A DNA stretch of 64,000 nucleotides. It comes from Squalus acanthias (Eukaryota). The position numbers were made by a program, and so were the translations under genes. The DNA lies in NCBI GenBank assembly GCA_030390025.1, contig CM059432.1, positions 121,026,001-121,090,000 on the forward strand. Reading direction: 5' to 3'. This document shows, in pieces, positions 59,103 through 64,000 of the stretch. Numbering within the stretch: the first letter of the stretch is position 1; every line of letters begins with the position of its first letter. Under the pieces are notes generated by a model, which was not told where the DNA came from, made no database searches, and worked only from the letters and a program-made list of their open reading frames with translations.

Positions 59103-60739
59103 GGAGGCAATTTTGAGAATGGGGGCGCGTTGGAGGCAGGACTGCTGCTTGTCAGGTCGATGTCCCGCCTCCATCGATTTGTGGCCAACCCACGCTATTT
59201 TCCCTTGATTGACCTTGTTAAGCCCGCCCAGCGGGCTTAGCAGGCCAATTAAGGGAAAGCTGGTTGCAGAGCACGTCAACGTATGACGTTTCATTGGTCA
59301 AAAACATTTTTGACAGATGAATTGTCATCGTTTGACAGCTCTGAGAAACTGTCAAACAGTGACAATCCCTGCAGTTTGATGAGGTCTTGCATACAAGACC
59401 TCATCAACCTTCTTTCTTTTACAGAAATGAGGGGCTGGATTTTGTGAATGGAGATGAGTTGGAGGCGGGACAGCTACCTGTCATGTCAATGTGCCACCTC
59501 CATCCTCGCCTGACCAACCAGAGGGATTTTCCCCTGATTGAGCTTGTTAGGCCCGCCCTGCGGGCTCAGCAGGCCAATTAGGGAGGAAGTCACTGACAGA
59601 TCACGTCAACATCAGACGTGCTATCTGTCAAGACTTCTTGAAAGAAGAAATGTCAGCGTTTGACAGCTCTGTGAAGCTGTCAAACACTGCCTTCCAAATT
59701 TGTAAATTTCACATGGCTGTTGGAACGGAGGTTCCATCAGCCAGTCTGTGAAATTGACAAGGAGGATGTCGGCTCTCCCGATCCACCGCGGCTAAAGGCT
59801 GTATGAAGAAAACAAGGTAAGTGAACACTTTTTAAAACTTATCACTCACCTTACATACTTATCACTCCACACTTGCACCCATCACTCACCTCTACATCTT
59901 ACTTCCAGGTGCCTCCGACCGCCGCAGACCTCCTCCACGACTCCTCCAACCCGATGGGTTCTCCGAGGTCGGGAAACCTTCACCTGTGAAGGTAAAATGG
60001 CACTAATCCTTTTTTCTGCCTGTTAACTACCTGTTAACAGGATTAAATTCCTTTCCCGCCTCCAGGAGACGGGACCCGAAGCTGCACATCTTCCCGCCTC
60101 CTGACAAAAGGGCACGGAGGCGGGATGGGGGTGGCTTTGCCATCCGCCCCCATTTTCTCTGAGTTTACCGGCTGTCCCGCCTCCATGCCCGCCTCCTCGG
60201 GGCTTGGAAAATCCAGCCCGAGATGTTTGTTGCATCTGAGAATGCAACGGCACTCTCTCATCTGCAACATGGAGGTCCGAGAGTCTCCGCATACAAACCG
60301 ACTGAAGCCTGCAGGAAGAAACAAAGGTAAGTACACTTTTAATAACACTTTGCACTTACCTCAGATACTTACCTCTACACTCTTGCACCCATCGCTTACC
60401 TTCACAGCACACTTTTGCACCCCTCTGACCCCCGCAGATCCAGTACTCGCCTCGGTGACCCTGGCGGGTTTCGGAGCCTTCAGGAAGCCCGCACTTGTGA
60501 GGGCAAAAAGGGGATAATCCTATTTTCTGCCCGTTAACTAGTTGTTAACAGGCAGTTAATAGGCTTTAATCCCTTCCCGCCTCCAAAGAAACAGGACCTG
60601 GCGCGGGACGGCTACCCGCCTCCTGGGAAGATAGCATGGAGGCGTTTGGGGCGGATTTGGCACCCGCTCCCAAATTCTGCCATTTTCCCGGCAGTCCCGC
60701 CTCCATACCCACCTCCCCATGGCTGGCAAAATCACCCCC
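59103..60739. mobile_element. Harbinger-type MITE (family A relative) hosting a nested family A copy
   Basis: Termini GGAGGCAATTTT / AAAATCACCCCC; both halves are homologous to the inner element. Confidence 0.78.
59432..60219. mobile_element. Harbinger-type MITE (family A), nested
   Basis: TIRs GGGCTGGATTTT / AAAATCCAGCCC and TSD GAG (59429-59431 and 60220-60222). Confidence 0.88.
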
Positions 60740-61399
60740 TAAGTGTCCAGATATTCAGTGTAGTGCCTCTCTTTCTAGAATACTTCTTTTGCACATACAC
60801 ACACAAGTATGTTCATATTTAAACAAATATACACATGCATATGTGCACAGATGCCTACGTAGATGAACAGGTGCAAAAAAATGCTTCTCACCAGTACCCA
60901 CATTAGCAACAGATTGACAGTCACAGTGTGGTGCATTTTTATTTTATACAAATATGAAACTTGTTTTGCTTTCCTGTGGCCCTGTTTGGTCCTGCGTTGG
61001 TGCAATTGGAACATGTGGAGGTGGCTAATGCACAGTGGGAGAGGGGGGAACTGGAAACATAGGAAGAGGGCAAGGAGACACCACAACAGATGGGATACCT
61101 GGTCACAACTGGAAAACAGATACAGACAGCAATAGTTTTTAGTTTTATGTTTGTCCTCCAGGAGAAATTAAAAAAAGAGAGATTTTGATTTAGTTAAATT
61201 TCTAACCAACTTGGCCAGCCTTTCTCCAGAGAAGTGAGAGGAACATTCTGCTATTTGACTATCAAATCTGTTCAGCCTGGTAGGTGAAACACAGCAACCT
61301 TAGTCCTAATTTTAATAATTAATACCTATGCAAAGACTTATATGGAGTTATTTATTACTCAGGATTAATTTCATCGAAAAACACATTTAAAAAACACAG

Positions 61400-62085
61400 T
61401 CTGGGTCATTTTGTACTTGTCCGATAGTGTAAATAGGGCAATAGCGAATCGGCAGCCCTTTTTCCACGCTCCTGATTTTTATTTCCATTGACTTTTGTTA
61501 ATTGGCCACTAGCTTCACTTTGATCACACTGATAGAGTGGCATCCTTTTCTATTGCTGACAGTTGCTGGCTGTTGTACTCTGATCAGTGTACAAGCGCCA
61601 GCAACATTCAGCAATTGCAAAGGATACCACCACGCCCTGCACGCGAAGGAAGCAAGGCACTGCTGCAATGTTGCAAGCTCGCTTCTGCTGACTGCTGAGG
61701 TCAGTGTGGAAGGTGATGTACAGCTTTGCCCTGACAAAGAGGGTGTCGGTCACCTGCTTAATGGCTTTAGGGTTCAACGTACGCCATAGAACCCCAATTC
61801 ACATTTATTTATGAGGCTCCCACCTGAGCCAACTGCTCAAGAAAACAACAGCCTTAAATCTAGGACCACCCACTTTGCTGGTAGTTCGGGGAGTGAAACT
61901 TCTGGCCACCCATGCCCAAAGATGCAGATGCCATTCCAAATTACGAGTGCAATAACATTTGTGGCTTGAGGCAGGTCATGGTGCCTGCAAAGGTGCTTCA
62001 GCGCTGCCGATCCAATGCACCCTTGTAAGGTGTAGTTCTCTGAGGCCCTTCCTGGGCTGGATGTAAAGTCCTTTCTTTACCAACC
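61400..62085 (-). mobile_element. Harbinger remnant with transposase fragment
   Basis: IKQVTDTLFVRAKLYITFH...FLRVQGVV aligns with [19 protein letters not shown]...FPRVQGVV of 9598-10665. Confidence 0.65.
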
Positions 62086-62688
62086 AACACCTTAAACAGA
62101 TTATCTGGTCATTATCTCACTGGTGTTTGTGGGACCTTGCTGTGCTCAAATTGGCTGCCATGTTTCCTATATTCCAACAGTGACTACACTTCAAAAGTAC
62201 TTCATTGGCTGTAAAGCTCTTTGGGACATCCTGAGGTCATGAAAGGTGCTATGTAAATGTAAGTCTTTCTTTCCTTACTCTTTAGCTTTAATACTATTTG
62301 CCAGTAGGATAAAGAGAATTGAACCAATGCAGGATCGATTACTTTAGTCTGGGCAAGTCGGAGATTTCCCTTAAGGCCTTGTAAGGGTAAAATGGGTTGA
62401 ATTCCTGGGGAATCGCAGGAACTCCTCCAGTCATGCCCCCTTAATGTCCAGGTGGGGAAGGAGCGAGGAGAGGAATTTACTTATACTCCCCCTTATCAGA
62501 AATAGGTTGGAATCTCAGCAGTACTGGGTTTCCCTCCCAGATTCCGGTCGCCAGTGGGCTACCCCTTCACTCTTCACCCTGAACCAAGACCGGAATTTTG
62601 TGCCTAAAATATTTTAGCGGTCTAGACTTATGACAGCAGTAATAAAGATACTCTTCACATGCAGTAGCTTTATTATTGTAAGAGTATT

Positions 62689-64000
62689 TGCCCCGATATT
62701 AACTCGAAGGCGTGTTGGGAGTGGAATGGGGGGGATCCGATATCGTGTGGAAAACCTGGAATTAAGTTCAGCGCGTCTGTCCGTGGCTTTTTAACGCAGC
62801 CACCTGATTATCGTTTTACTTCTGGGTTTGGCATTGATTACGCGGCAGTGGGCGTGATGAGGACCCACATGACGCAATCTCAACTCCAGTATTTTAAGGG
62901 CCAATCCCAAGATGGAATTTAGAGGATTTGGAGTTGCAAGCAAGAGAGGACAAGGTGTGACAATGGACTCAGGATGCTCAAAGTCTGCGCCTCCCTTGCT
63001 GTACTTCTGGGGGCTGTGAGGAGCTGGATTGAGATACTCTTCCCCAACAATGGGAGGAAGAAACCTGTTGCTACCACAAAGAAGGCAAATGAGGTGGCCC
63101 AGGAGATCAGCAGCAGGAGCATTGAGCCACGCTCCTGGATTCAGTGCAGGAAGTGCTTTAATGACCAAGCCAGGTCAGGAAAGGTAAGTACAGTTGCACA
63201 TTCACCTACATCCTGCTGTGCGCACCACCTCAATTGCTCACTCTGCCTTGTCAAGCCTACTCCACCACATCACTCCTCACACCCATTTACCTTGCAAGCA
63301 CATCCATTCTTCTCTGTCTATGCACTTCCTCATATCCTTATCTATCTATCCACCACTGCCACTCACCCTCATCCTTATGCAATTTGATGCCTCTCCCTGA
63401 AAGTCACCCTCACCAAATGCACTGCATGCATTGGGCAAATGCATGCCATTACACTCACTCATAGATCTGTTCTTTTCCCCATTACAGGAGAAAAGATCGC
63501 AGAACACCAGGGAGAGGCAGAGAACCGGAGGGGGTCCTCAATAGATTTCACAGCTAACAACTGCAGAGGAAGAAGCGCTGGAGATCAGTGGCATTTCGCC
63601 GTCCCTGACCATTGGAGATGGGGACCTCCCAGCTACCTGGTGACACAATTAATTATCAACAACCCATATGTCATACAACACTCAATCATGTTGACTTGAT
63701 TTCAACAGCGAGTGAAATCTGATCATCTTCATAATGATAAGTTACAACATACTTAACTTGCCAGTATTAATTCATATCTTTTCTCTCCGCCAGAGCCTTC
63801 ACGCGTGCAACTGGAGACCATGGACCTCATGGACAACGAATCCTCAGAGGAGCTGATTTGTTCTGATGGTGCTCCGTCACAAGACGCATGCGTACCATGC
63901 ACCAGCTCAGATACTCACACTTTAGTTAGACAGATAGTTGGTTTTTAACCTGGTGACTCACACTTCACAAGTAAGCCAGAGCAGATGGTGGTGGCAGGGA
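62689..64000 (+). mobile_element. Harbinger transposon 3 (left end and decayed Myb-like gene), runs off the window
   Basis: EVAQEISSRSIEPRSWIQCRKCFND, with splice sites at 63184/63487 and 63640/63793 matching the other two Myb genes. Confidence 0.8.

Overview
This window is eukaryotic, repeat-dense DNA. The repeat types (CR1 LINEs with a zinc-finger/esterase ORF1, Penelope-like elements, intron-containing Harbinger transposons, L2-tailed SINEs) suggest a vertebrate, probably a cartilaginous fish; this is inference. No host protein-coding gene could be recognised. Most of the window is nested transposons. CR1 copy 1 (~130-14640) hosts a complete, very young Gypsy retrotransposon (2233-6673, identical 194-bp LTRs, intact 1318-aa gag-pol), a decayed Harbinger, a 1.7-kb solo LTR and a Penelope fragment. 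Near-full-length CR1 copy 3 (~31770-41500) hosts a related 1.65-kb solo LTR, two MITEs and a Tigger/pogo deletion derivative. A second Harbinger (46693-51105) has an intact transposase. The main findings are: (i) the Gypsy has no tRNA primer-binding site but has a self-complementary leader with Tf1-like self-priming geometry, plus a non-canonical YLDN RT motif; (ii) a family of very long LTRs has an ~800-900-nt R region with a conserved internal splice donor; (iii) two Harbinger-type elements sit at the same nucleotide of different CR1 copies; (iv) Penelope ends carry minimal hammerhead ribozymes; (v) MITEs carry promoter motifs and repeated perfect splice donors. Boundaries supported by TSDs or TIRs were counted by eye; the others are approximate.
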